Positions 37,421-50,086 of a stretch of DNA of 64,000 nt are shown here, in pieces. The stretch spans positions 6,368,001 through 6,432,000 of the forward strand of contig OY761158.1 of assembly GCA_963664405.1 (NCBI GenBank). Reading direction: 5' to 3'. The stretch comes from Thermoanaerobaculia bacterium. GTDB taxonomy: Bacteria; Acidobacteriota; Thermoanaerobaculia; Multivoradales; Multivoraceae. The notes beneath the pieces were generated by a model. It made no database searches, was not told the origin of the DNA, and saw nothing but the letters and a program-made list of their open reading frames with translations. A program made the translations under genes and the position numbers. Numbering within the stretch: position 1 is the first letter of the stretch; each line of letters starts with the position of its first letter.

Positions 37421-40135
37421 GGTGGGTCGCGGCGTGGCGCGAGCGGTTGCGGGCACTGATCTTCCGGGCGCGCCAGGAGACCGAGCTGGACGAGGAGCTT
37501 CGCTTCCATCTAGACCAGGAGACGGAGCTCCTCCTCGAGGCGGGGCTCGACCCGCAGGAAGCGAGGCGCCAGGCCCGACTTCGCTTTGGCGGCGTCGAGC
37601 GATTCAAGGAAGAGGTGCGGGAGGCGCGTGGCACAGGTGTAATCGACTGCCTGATGCTCGACACACGCTATGCCGCCCGGCGGCTCACGCGCGACTGGCG
37701 TTTCACGCTGCCCGCGGTGCTGATCCTCGCACTCGGGATCGGCGCGAACACCGCAATGTTCAGCGTTGTGAATAGGGCGTTGTTCCAGCCGCTGCCCTTC
37801 GCCGATGCCGATCGACTAGTCAACATCTACCAGAACGTAGGCGAATCGAGTCAGCCCTGGGCCAGCTCCTATCCGGCCTACCAGGACATGGCCGGCTACA
37901 CCGATCTGTTCTCCGGGGTGGCGGCTTCCATGATGCCAACACAGGTTCGCTATTTGGCGGGCCCGCTCGTCAGGACAGGGTCGGCCGAGTACGCCACGTC
38001 CAACTACCTGGAGGTCCAGGGGGTGGACCTGCCCATGGGACGATGGTTCACCGCCGAAGAGGACCGGCCCGGCGCAGCGGCGGTGGCCGTCCTCGGTCAC
38101 CAAGCCTGGACCTCCAAGTTTGGCGCGGCGCCGTCGGTGCTCGGACAGACGATGCGCATCAACGGCGTCCCGGTCACGATCATCGGTGTCGGTCCCGAGG
38201 CGTACAACAGCAATTTCCACTCTGGGTGGGTGACGGACTTCTGGCTCCCGATCTCCTCCGTGACGACGGTCGGGGGGCGCGCGGATGTGCTGCAGCGAAG
38301 GGACGAGGATGCATTTCTGGTCAGAGCCCGTCTGCGGGGCGGTGTGAGCCTGCCCCAGGCACAGGCGGCGATGACGGCTCTCGGAGCGCATCTGGCGAAG
38401 GAGTATCCGGACGACGATCCGGGGCGCGGTATTTCGGTATTGCGATCGGACGAGGTCCTCGTTCACCCCCAGTTCGACACGATACTGGGTGCGGGAGCTT
38501 CGATCCTGATGATCGTGGTGGCGCTGATCCTGGCCATCGCCTGCACCAACTTGGCGACATGGCTTCTCGTGCGCGGACTGTCGCGCGCCAAAGAGATGTC
38601 GGTCCGCCTGGCTTTGGGTGCCACCCGCGCGCAGCTGGCACGCCATCTGCTGGTCGAGAGCACAGTGTTGGCGGGGTGGGTGGTGCGGTGGGTTACCTCT
38701 TGGCGGAATGGGCGATTCGACTGGTGGCGCTCATGGACCTGCCGGTGGACGCAAGCGGTGGCCTCGACTACCGGGTGCTCGGCTTCACGCTGGCACTGTC
38801 GCTACTGACCGGCGTGGCCTTAGGGCTCGCGCCGGCGCTCAACGCCACAGGGGTCACTCTGACACCGAGTCTACGAGCCGATGAGGCCACTCTCGACCCG
38901 AACCGCCGAGGGTTCAACCTCAGAAACGTACTCGTCGTCTCTCAGGTGGTGCTCTCGTGCGTGCTGTTGGTCTTCGAGGGAATCCATCTGCGCGCTCTCG
39001 CCACCACACAGGCGGTGGACCTCGGTTTCAGTGTCGAAGGGCTGGCGTTTATCGAAACGGACGCCTCCTTCGCAGGGTATGCGCCGGACGAGGCGGTGGC
39101 GCTGTACGAGGCCTTGCGCGAACGGCTCTCGGTGCTCCCCGGTGTCGAGTCGGCTAGTCTCGCGGCAGGCCCGCCCCCAGCGTGGCAGCACAGCAGTGAG
39201 CTCGCTATCGATGGGTATGAGCCCGCCGCCGGCGAGCGCCCCTGGGTGCGATGGGTGTGGGCAGGACCTGATTACTTCGACGTGCTTCGCGTCCCGCTTC
39301 TGTATGGCCGCACTTTCACCGACTTTGACCGGCCCGAGACACCGGGCGTCACGGTGATCAACGAGAGCCTGGCGCGCCTTTACTTCGGAACGCCGAATGC
39401 AGTTGGTCGGCGCCTCCGCCTGGTGGATGGTTCCCGTTCGAAGGCAGATGGGGCTCCAGGAGCCGAGCTCGAGGTCATCGGCGTGGTGCCCGACGACTGA
39501 CGTCCCTTACCGACGTCTGGCGTCCGTTGCTCTACCGGTCCTACCACCAGGGGATGGCGATCACGTCGACGGTGCTGGTGCGAACAACGGCGGATCCGGC
39601 CAGCCTGCTGCGACCCATGCTACAAGCGGTTCGCGATCTCGACGACGCGCTGCCCGTCATCACCGCCAAGACGATGACCCAGCATGTCTCTGACTCCCTT
39701 GGCCCTCTGCGGCGCGGTATCGGGTCGCTCCTGGGTCCACTCAGTGCGCTGGGACTCGGATTGGCCAGCCTGGGCCTGTATGTCGTCGTCAGCTTTGCCG
39801 TGTTGCGGCGGTCGCGGGAGATCGGCATCCGCATGACGCTGGGCGCACGGCCGCCACGGGTGATCTGGGTCCTATCGAAGAGCGTGGCGAAGCTGCTCGG
39901 GGTCGGTGTGACGCTGGGTCTGGCGCTGTCATGGCTCGTCGTTCTGGGACTGGGCGCGCTGCATTCCAGCCTCGACCAACAAGAGTCTGTTGGGTTGGCG
40001 TCCGCACCGGCCGCCGACCCGATGACCTTCGCGCTCGTGATGCTGGTCATGGCCGCCGTCGGCCTCGCGGCCACCTTCTTCCCCGCATGGCGCGCTACCA
40101 GGGCCAACCCACTCGTGGCGCTGCGCGATCTGTAA
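37417..40135 (+). pseudogene. ADOP-type (MacB/FtsX duplicated) ABC permease with two frameshifts
   Basis: ELDEELRFHL...RFGG..., ALGIGANTAMFS, R.KE..VRLALGA and REIGIRM.LGA; frame changes at ~38675 and ~39495. Confidence 0.85.
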
Positions 40136-40142
40136 GACGCGG

Positions 40143-40280
40143 TCACCCGACGTGCTCACGAACACGCTTCTCGATTTCAGCTCCCACCGCGCGCCGCGCC
40201 ATTCGTAGCTCGAAGTCAGCCTGGAGGCCCGTCCAAGTCTCAGCTGAGACGCCGAAGCACCTGCTGGATCTAGCGACAAC
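40143..40280 (-). pseudogene. C-terminal fragment of a HigA-family antitoxin
   Basis: FGVSAETWTGLQADFELR..R....EIEKRV resembles the HigA C-terminus; the HTH part is absent. Confidence 0.55.
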
Positions 40281-40281
40281 T

Positions 40282-40917
40282 TTATTCGGGTGGCACTTCT
40301 TCCCTCCCCCCGAGGGGGGGCCCAAAGCGCGGAAGAAGGCGCCCGGTGTCTCTACGATATTCCTCGTAGCAACGGCCGAACTTCTTGACCAGCTCGGCCT
40401 CCTCGCGCGGGATGATGACGAGGGAGAAGAAGACCAAGGCAGCCAAGGTGAGCGCCGCCATCAGCCAGTTCGCCACCACCAGGCTCAGCGCTCCGAGCAT
40501 GAGCAAGCCGAAGGAGTAGAGAGGGTGGCGCAGCCACCGGTAAGGGCCCGTTCTCACCAGCTCGTGGCTCTGCTTGGTCAGCACCGTCTCCGAGATGTTC
40601 TTGCCTAGGCTACGAAGCATCCAGACGTTCAGGGGCGCTACCGCCAGACCCACGAGAACCCCGATCCAGCGAACCCAGGCGGGGACGGCAAGCGACGACC
40701 AGGCGATCCAAGAGGGATGGATCAGGAAGGCGAGGATGAGCAGCAGCCCCGGAAGGCTGATCAGAACCCGTGCTAGTCGCAGTCGGCTCGATTCGGCCGA
40801 GCGCGAAATCGTCTCCTCGGAGCGCGCTCGGCGCCGGTAGTAACCGGAGATCGTCCCATTGAGGAGTAGCACCAGCAAGAGCAGCCAACGGAAGATCTGT
40901 GGGTCTGGATCTGACAT
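40282..40917 (-). CDS. Isoprenylcysteine carboxyl methyltransferase family membrane protein
   Basis: LGKN.S...H.LV.TGPYRWLRHPLY, EE..L...FG..Y..Y. Confidence 0.88.
   Translation of the reverse strand: MSDPDPQIFRWLLLLVLLLNGTISGYYRRRARSEETISRSAESSRLRLARVLISLPGLLLILAFLIHPSWIAWSSLAVPAWVRWIGVLVGLAVAPLNVWMLRSLGKNISETVLTKQSHELVRTGPYRWLRHPLYSFGLLMLGALSLVVANWLMAALTLAALVFFSLVIIPREEAELVKKFGRCYEEYRRDTGRLLPRFGPPLGGREEVPPE
40286..40301 (+). repeat. 16-bp motif TCGGGTGGCACTTCTT, copy 3
   Basis: Perfect inverted repeat of 26779-26794. Confidence 0.75.
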
Positions 40918-40964
40918 GGATGATCGAGGGCGCCACCATCGCGAGATGGCGCGCTCGCAGCTCT

Positions 40965-42611
<1,647 letters not shown>

Positions 42612-42659
42612 AGGACTCCGAGGCGGAGCTCGTCTCCGCCGTTTCTGCCCGCACGAGCT

Positions 42660-43901
42660 CTACGAGCTCGACGGGATGTCGCTGAACGGAACGTCGCGGT
42701 CGACGCGGATGTCACCCGGCAGGCCGAGCACGCGCTCGGCGATGACGTTCTTGAGGATCTCGTCGGTGCCTCCCTCGATGCGGATGCCGAGCGAGCGAAG
42801 AACCATGGCCTGGAACTTGGCGTCGTAGTCCGCCTGCGCCGGGTCGACGAGCACTCCGCCCATCTCCTGCAGCTCGAGGGCGAGACTGGCCGCCTCCTGC
42901 ATTGTGTTGCCGACGACGACCTTGCCGATCGAGTTCTCCGGTCCCGGATCCTTACCGGCGGAAATGGCGGAAACCGATCGCCAGCCAACGTATTCGAGCC
43001 CGCTGGTGCGGACATACCAGTCAGCCAGCTTGTCTCGCACCGCCGGATCGTCGATCGCAGGACCGTGGTCGGTGTCAACGCGCTTCGCGTAGTCGAAAAT
43101 CTCGGCGAAACCGGTGTTGATACTGCCGCCCAAGGTGGCGCGCTCATTCATGAGGGTGGTCAAACACACCTGCCAGCCGGCGCCGACCTCACCCAGGCGC
43201 TGGGCGTCGGGCACCCTTAGATTGGTGAAGAAAACCTCATTGAACTGGGACTCTCCCGACACCTGCTTGATCGGCCGGATCTCGACCGCGGGGTCGGTCA
43301 TGTCGATGAAGAAGTAGGTGAGCCCCTTGTGCTTGGCCAGCGAGGGGTCGCTGCGGGTAACGATGATGGCGTGCTCGCTGTGCTGTGCGCCCGAGGTCCA
43401 GATCTTCTGGCCGTTGATCACCCACTCGTCGCCGTCGCGCTTGGCGCGGGTGCGAATGCCGGCGAGATCCGAGCCCGCCCCCGGCTCGCTGAAGAGCTGG
43501 CACCAGATCTCGTCGCCGCGGGCCATCGGCGGCAGCAAGCGCTCCTTCTGCTCGTCGCTGGCGTAGGCCATGAGGGTCGGGGCTGCCATGCCGTGACCGA
43601 TGACGAAGATCCCGGTAAGGGCCGCGTAGGCGCCTTCTTCCTGATTCCAGATGATGCGTTCGATCGGGGTCGCGTCGCGGCCGCCGAACTGCTTGGGCCA
43701 GTGCAGGCAGGCCCATCCGCCCTCGTACTTCTTCGCCTGCCAGTCACGGCTGTGCTTGAGGTACTCTTCGGCCTCGAAGGGAGGTTTGCCGAAGGCCGCC
43801 TTCTGCAGCGCCGGCAGAAGATGCTTGGGCTCGTTGGTGTCGAGCCAGGCCCTCACCTCGGCGCGAAACTCGGCCTGTTCCGTGGTGTCGCTGAGATCCA
43901 T
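42660..43901 (-). CDS. Acyl-CoA dehydrogenase
   Basis: WCQLFSEPGAGSDLA, INGQKIWTS, FNEVFF and IEGGTDEI motifs. Confidence 0.94.
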   Translation of the reverse strand: MDLSDTTEQAEFRAEVRAWLDTNEPKHLLPALQKAAFGKPPFEAEEYLKHSRDWQAKKYEGGWACLHWPKQFGGRDATPIERIIWNQEEGAYAALTGIFVIGHGMAAPTLMAYASDEQKERLLPPMARGDEIWCQLFSEPGAGSDLAGIRTRAKRDGDEWVINGQKIWTSGAQHSEHAIIVTRSDPSLAKHKGLTYFFIDMTDPAVEIRPIKQVSGESQFNEVFFTNLRVPDAQRLGEVGAGWQVCLTTLMNERATLGGSINTGFAEIFDYAKRVDTDHGPAIDDPAVRDKLADWYVRTSGLEYVGWRSVSAISAGKDPGPENSIGKVVVGNTMQEAASLALELQEMGGVLVDPAQADYDAKFQAMVLRSLGIRIEGGTDEILKNVIAERVLGLPGDIRVDRDVPFSDIPSSS

Positions 43902-44076
43902 GTCAGGCGCCGTCGTTTCTAATCGTCGTCGCAGTCGGGAGTGATCGGGCTGACGGGGCAATCGTCATCGTCGCTATCGCGACAACCCAACGCAGCCGAG
44001 TCTTTTTTTACCATTTATCCTGAGCCGACCCCGCCCAGAAACGTACCATCATGAACCTGGTTTCGCAAAGAGAGCC

Positions 44077-44262
44077 GTGAGGCGGGCGCTTCCCACTCTG
44101 ACCGCGTCGCTGCTGGCCACGGCGCACATCTGGGCCCTGTGGCACTACGGTGCGGCGCAGCCCTCCGTGCGCTACGTTCTCTTCCTGCTCGTGCTGCCGT
44201 TGGTGGCGGTCACGATCGTGGCCCTCCCGGCGGAGTACCTTCTCCGTCCTCGAAAGCACTAG
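44077..44262 (+). CDS. Small hydrophobic hypothetical protein
   Basis: 61-aa ORF with two hydrophobic segments upstream of the sugar dehydrogenase. Confidence 0.35.
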   Translation: MRRALPTLTASLLATAHIWALWHYGAAQPSVRYVLFLLVLPLVAVTIVALPAEYLLRPRKH

Positions 44263-44310
44263 CCCCGAAAGCTTCGTTGTACAGTGCCTCGAGATGGAGG
44301 AGTATGGACT

Positions 44311-45639
44311 ATGGCCGGAGCTCTGATTGCCGATCGGCTTGCCAGAGAAATCGACGATCGGAGCGCGCTTGTGGGAGTCGTCGGGTTGGGCTACGTCGGT
44401 CTCCCGTTGGCACTTACCTTTGCCGAGGCCGGTTTTCGTGTGCTCGGGTTCGACACTGACAAGGCGAAGATCGAGGCCTTGGAAGAAGGTCGCTCCTATA
44501 TCGGTCACCTCGGCCCAGAACGGCTCGCCGCGTGTCGGGACGGCGGGCGCTTTGAGGTCACCTCTTCGTTGGCTCGTCTCGGCGAGCCCGACGCAATCTT
44601 GATCTGCGTTCCGACGCCGATCACCGACGACCGTGAGCCCGATCTCTCTTTCGTCGAGGCGACGGTCGAGGCGATCGCCGAGACTCTTCGAGCGGGCCAG
44701 CTGGTGGTCCTCGAGTCGACCACCTATCCGGGGACGACGGAGGAACTGCTTTTGGGGAAGCTGTCGGAGAATGGTCTCGAGTGCGGTCGTGACTACTTTC
44801 TGGCCTTCTCACCCGAGCGGGAAAACCCCGGTGACAGCGAGCACAGCACCGACAAGATGCCCAAGGTGGTGGGAGGCGTCGACGACGAGAGCGGCGACCT
44901 GGCCGAAGCCCTATACGGCGCGGTGGTCCCGCGCACGGTGCGGGTGTCTTCGGCGGCGGTGGCCGAAGCGGCGAAGCTCACCGAGAACATCTTCCGTGCG
45001 GTCAATATCGCCCTCGTCAACGAGCTCAAGATGATTTACGAGCCGATGGGGATCGATGTCTGGGAGGTGCTCGACGCCGCTGCGACGAAACCCTTCGGAT
45101 TTATGAAGTTCACTCCCGGCCCCGGTCTTGGAGGGCACTGCATTCCAGTCGATCCGTTCTATCTGGCGTGGAAGGCCCGCCAGTACGGAGAGGAGGCTCG
45201 CTTCATCGAGCTCGCCGGCGAGGTGAATGCGGCCATGCCGGCGTACGTAGTCGGGAAGCTGCGAGAGGCCCTGCAGGAGCGAGGGATGGAGTTGTCGGGG
45301 AGTCGAGTGCTCCTCCTCGGACTGGCCTACAAGGCCGACGTCGACGACCCCAGAGAGAGTCCGGCTTTCGAGATTCTCGACCAACTCCTAAGCGAGGGGG
45401 CGGTAGTCGCGTACCACGACCCGCACATCCCCTCGGCGCCCCGAATGCGCTCCTGGCCCGATCTTCCCGAGCTCGCTTCGGTCGAGCTCACGCCGAGCAC
45501 GCTCGCGGGACACCATGCGGTGGTCGTGGTTACGCCGCATCAGGCGATCGATTGGCACCTCGTGGCGGAGGAGGCGCAACTGATCGTCGACACCCGGGGG
45601 GTATATCGCAAGCCTCGTTCCAACTTGGTCAAGGCCTAG
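44311..45639 (+). CDS. Nucleotide-sugar dehydrogenase (UDP-GlcNAc/UDP-ManNAc 6-dehydrogenase family)
   Basis: GLGYVGLP, ICVPTP, LESTTYPGTT, GGHCIPVDP and AYK..VDDPRESP motifs. Confidence 0.94.
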   Translation: MAGALIADRLAREIDDRSALVGVVGLGYVGLPLALTFAEAGFRVLGFDTDKAKIEALEEGRSYIGHLGPERLAACRDGGRFEVTSSLARLGEPDAILICVPTPITDDREPDLSFVEATVEAIAETLRAGQLVVLESTTYPGTTEELLLGKLSENGLECGRDYFLAFSPERENPGDSEHSTDKMPKVVGGVDDESGDLAEALYGAVVPRTVRVSSAAVAEAAKLTENIFRAVNIALVNELKMIYEPMGIDVWEVLDAAATKPFGFMKFTPGPGLGGHCIPVDPFYLAWKARQYGEEARFIELAGEVNAAMPAYVVGKLREALQERGMELSGSRVLLLGLAYKADVDDPRESPAFEILDQLLSEGAVVAYHDPHIPSAPRMRSWPDLPELASVELTPSTLAGHHAVVVVTPHQAIDWHLVAEEAQLIVDTRGVYRKPRSNLVKA

Positions 45640-45818
45640 CCTGGATTATTCATGAAGCTCCTACTGCGGTGCCGCAGCTGCCCGAATCTACTGCGTTGCG
45701 CTCGGTCGGGCCCCTCGACGTATTGCCAAATACGCCTGCGGTGCCCTCGGTTGCGACGCCTTGTATCTCCGGGCATCTGCGGCACCTCGCTACGGACCTC
45801 ATGAATAGTCCAGGCTAG
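45636..45818. mobile_element. Palindromic MITE/REPIN-like element, terminal type C
   Basis: CTAG-CCTGGATTATTCATGA ... TCATGAATAGTCCAGG-CTAG; 183 bp; core CCTCGACGTATTGCCAAATACGCCTGCG. Confidence 0.82.
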
Positions 45819-45883
45819 ACCCGATTCGAAGACCCCACTCCCACGATTCTGCGTGTTGGCGCGTCGCCGCGAGCCTCGTCAGC

Positions 45884-47617
45884 TCAGTCGACCACGAGTC
45901 TCTCCGCTTCCAGCAGCGGAATCAGCTTCTCCGGGGGTAACGCCTTGTGAAAAAGGTGCCCCTGGAACTCATCGCAGTCGCTCTCTCGCAGGAACTCGAA
46001 CTGACGTCGGGTCTCCACGCCTTCGGCGACCACCTTCAATTTGAGACGGTGGGCCATGGAGATGATCGCCGCGGTTAGGATCGCCGTGTCGGAGCCGGTC
46101 CCCGCATCCTGGACGTAGCTCCGGTCGATCTTGATCGTGTCGACGGGAATTCGGCGCAGCAGTTGGAGAGAGGAGTACCCGGTGCCGAAGTCGTCGAGGT
46201 AGAGCCCGAGACCCATGGACTTCAGAATCCCCAGGGCGGAGATGGTCGCCTCGTCGTCTTCGAGGATGGTGCGCTCGGTGATCTCGAGCCGGAGTTGGGA
46301 GGTCGGCAGTGCCAACCCCCTGATCAGGGTGGCGATCCTTCCCACCTGCTCGGGACTCCTGATTTGCACGCCCGAGATATTTACCGATAGAGGAACCGAG
46401 ACGAGGCCGGCCTCGCGCCACTCCTGCCACTGCTTGCAGGCAGTCTCCAGCACCCATTCGCCGATAGGGATGATCAGGCCGCTCCTTTCTGCAATGGGAA
46501 TGAACTTCTCCGGTGGAATGAAGCCTTCTCTGGGATCCGCCCACCTTATGAGGGCCTCCGCCCCGGCCAGCTTGTCGCTCAGGGCATTTCGGATCGGCTG
46601 ATAGTGGATGGAGAACGCTTTGCTCGCCAGAGCCTCCCGCAGCCTGCTCTCGAGGTCGAGACTCCGAGCGTCGCTTCGCTTCTCGGGCTTGGAGAGGTGG
46701 CGAGCCTGGCTGCGTGGACTGAGGCACGTCGTTTCTTTAGCCTTGTCGATCAGAGTGTCTGGGTCTCGACCATCGCCCGGGAAGATGGCCATCCCGACTC
46801 GCGCGGCGAGTCTGATCTCCCTCGCCCCTGGGCTGAGGGGTTGGGCCAGAGTTTCGTGAAGCTCTTGGATGACCCTGGCGGCGCCGTCATCCTTGCTGGG
46901 ATCCTGGAGCATGACGATGAACTCGCTATCTCCCACGCAAGCGACCTTGTCGCTCTCGCGTATGACCTTCGAGATGCGTTCGGCTACCAGTCTCAGCAAC
47001 TTGTCCCGGTCGGGCCGTCCGAGCGGTTGGTTACCGCCCCTGAAGCTGTCTAGATCGATGAAAACTACCGCCACGTGCTGGTGGCTGCGCTTTGCGCTAA
47101 CTATGGCGAAGTGCAAATCCTCTCGGAAGGACGCTCGATTCTGAAGACCGGTCACACCATCGTGGCGGGCCAGGAAGATCTCTTGTGTCCGAGCCGCGTG
47201 AAGTTCCATGAGAAGACGATGTCGAGAGAGCGCACCGAGGACGGTGTGCTCGAGAAGGCGCTGATTCCACCCTCTCGTCACCAGAAAGTCCTGCACGCCA
47301 TCGCACCGGGTCGTCAGCTTCCGCCCACGCTCGTCGTCTTCGACCAGCGCGACAATGGGAGTTCGCCTGCTCTGCCACAGCCGCTCGAGATCTGCCGACC
47401 GGACCTCCTCGTGCCCCCTGGTCTCCACGACCAGGAGGTCATAGTTGGCCCCTGCCAACGCGGCCTCTGCATCGTCGAGGTCGTCGGTGTGTGACACCTC
47501 TATGTTGGCCGTCGTGATCCGCTCGAGTGCGTGCCTAATACGCCACGCTTCCCAACGGTGGCTGTTTACGAGGAGAAGTCTCACGGCCTCGACCTTCCCC
47601 CAAAACCCGCAAAACAC
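45884..47617 (-). CDS. REC-like + degenerate GGDEF + EAL protein (probable c-di-GMP phosphodiesterase)
   Basis: GDSEF instead of GGDEF; EAL, SVNIS, DDFGTGYSS and AEGVET intact; true start may be GTG ~47584. Confidence 0.88.
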   Translation of the reverse strand: MFCGFWGKVEAVRLLLVNSHRWEAWRIRHALERITTANIEVSHTDDLDDAEAALAGANYDLLVVETRGHEEVRSADLERLWQSRRTPIVALVEDDERGRKLTTRCDGVQDFLVTRGWNQRLLEHTVLGALSRHRLLMELHAARTQEIFLARHDGVTGLQNRASFREDLHFAIVSAKRSHQHVAVVFIDLDSFRGGNQPLGRPDRDKLLRLVAERISKVIRESDKVACVGDSEFIVMLQDPSKDDGAARVIQELHETLAQPLSPGAREIRLAARVGMAIFPGDGRDPDTLIDKAKETTCLSPRSQARHLSKPEKRSDARSLDLESRLREALASKAFSIHYQPIRNALSDKLAGAEALIRWADPREGFIPPEKFIPIAERSGLIIPIGEWVLETACKQWQEWREAGLVSVPLSVNISGVQIRSPEQVGRIATLIRGLALPTSQLRLEITERTILEDDEATISALGILKSMGLGLYLDDFGTGYSSLQLLRRIPVDTIKIDRSYVQDAGTGSDTAILTAAIISMAHRLKLKVVAEGVETRRQFEFLRESDCDEFQGHLFHKALPPEKLIPLLEAERLVVD

Positions 47618-47810
47618 GGGGTGACGCCTCGACGCCTAGAGAGCCCAAGCCGGCGGCCAACGTTGGGCGCCCTCAGATGAATCGCTGTTGGGCCGAGAAG
47701 TCTAAAATACGAGGGCCCGATGGGTCAAAGAGCTGGATCGTCATACAAGTATGCGCTCCCTCTCGAGCTTGTTGCAGGCGGCCAGCACGATGCGGCCGCC
47801 GAGCGCCGTC

Positions 47811-48701
47811 TTACCTGCGGGAGCGAGGTTTCATGTGCCTCGCTGCAAACGACGACGGCCCATCCCAGACGGGACTATCGGCCCGCCAAGGTTGCGGGAC
47901 TTTGATGTAGACCGAGATCCACTGCTTGCTGCGCCGGGCAATAGCGTGGCAGGTGAGAGAGAGGCCGCTCGCGCTCACGCAGTCGAAGACGCCCGTGTAA
48001 CGCTCCGTGGTATAGGGAGTGAGAAAGCCGACCCGTTGGTCTCGAATCCAGACGGAAACGCAGGCCACGGGCGGCCCGTCTCCGGTGTCGTCTTGGTCGG
48101 GCCGCTGGAGCCGCGCCGTAACGCTGCGGTGCTTCTCAGAACCGAGAACGCCTTCGAGGAAGGGCTGGCAGTCCTGCACTCCGGTCACGGCGACTTCATC
48201 GCCGGGGGGGAGGAAGGGCGTTTCGGGCGAGGATGGCCGCGGCGGATTGCCGGCAAGTAGACAGATGCCGAGAAGGTCGTCGCTGACCTGACGCCGGTTC
48301 CATCCTGCCTTGAGGCGAGCGTGGCAAGACGCTGGTTTCCCTCGAGACCAGAGGTCCTTGATGAGCTGGTTGTACTCGGGAACGTCCGCGGGTGCGATGA
48401 AGCCGACTGTCATTCCGCCCACGTCGACCCTGATGTTCTTGGTGTCGACGCGCTTCCCGGGCTCGGGCACCAGCTCAGCAAGTACCAACAGGCTCCTGCT
48501 CCCAGGCGTCCGAGGATCTCCCCCATAGGCTGCCTGGAGAGCCTTCCGGCGACTTTCCTGGACAACTACTTCGCACTCGAGCTCGGAAGCGATGGTGGGT
48601 ACTTGAAGCCACGAGGGAGAAACTATCGCCTCGGGCCGCGGTGGAAGGGTGTCTCTGGGGGCGGATTTGAAGATCTCGCCGAACAACTCGAGCAACTGCA
48701 A
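47811..48701 (-). CDS. Protein with two HIRAN-like domains
   Basis: LVPEP....D.KNIRV.VGG.TVGFI and a second V.V.I....VGFL repeat. Confidence 0.55.
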   Translation of the reverse strand: MQLLELFGEIFKSAPRDTLPPRPEAIVSPSWLQVPTIASELECEVVVQESRRKALQAAYGGDPRTPGSRSLLVLAELVPEPGKRVDTKNIRVDVGGMTVGFIAPADVPEYNQLIKDLWSRGKPASCHARLKAGWNRRQVSDDLLGICLLAGNPPRPSSPETPFLPPGDEVAVTGVQDCQPFLEGVLGSEKHRSVTARLQRPDQDDTGDGPPVACVSVWIRDQRVGFLTPYTTERYTGVFDCVSASGLSLTCHAIARRSKQWISVYIKVPQPWRADSPVWDGPSSFAARHMKPRSRR

Positions 48702-48766
48702 TGCTGACTCTCCTCCACGGAGGGGCCGTAGTGTATCACCTCGGGGAGCCCCCTCAGGGACCTCGT

Positions 48767-50070
<1,304 letters not shown>

Positions 50071-50086
<16 letters not shown>

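Noticed and set aside
33262-40301. Integron cassette array
   Set aside because: No intI and no attC-like RYYYAAC...GTTRRRY structures recognised between the genes
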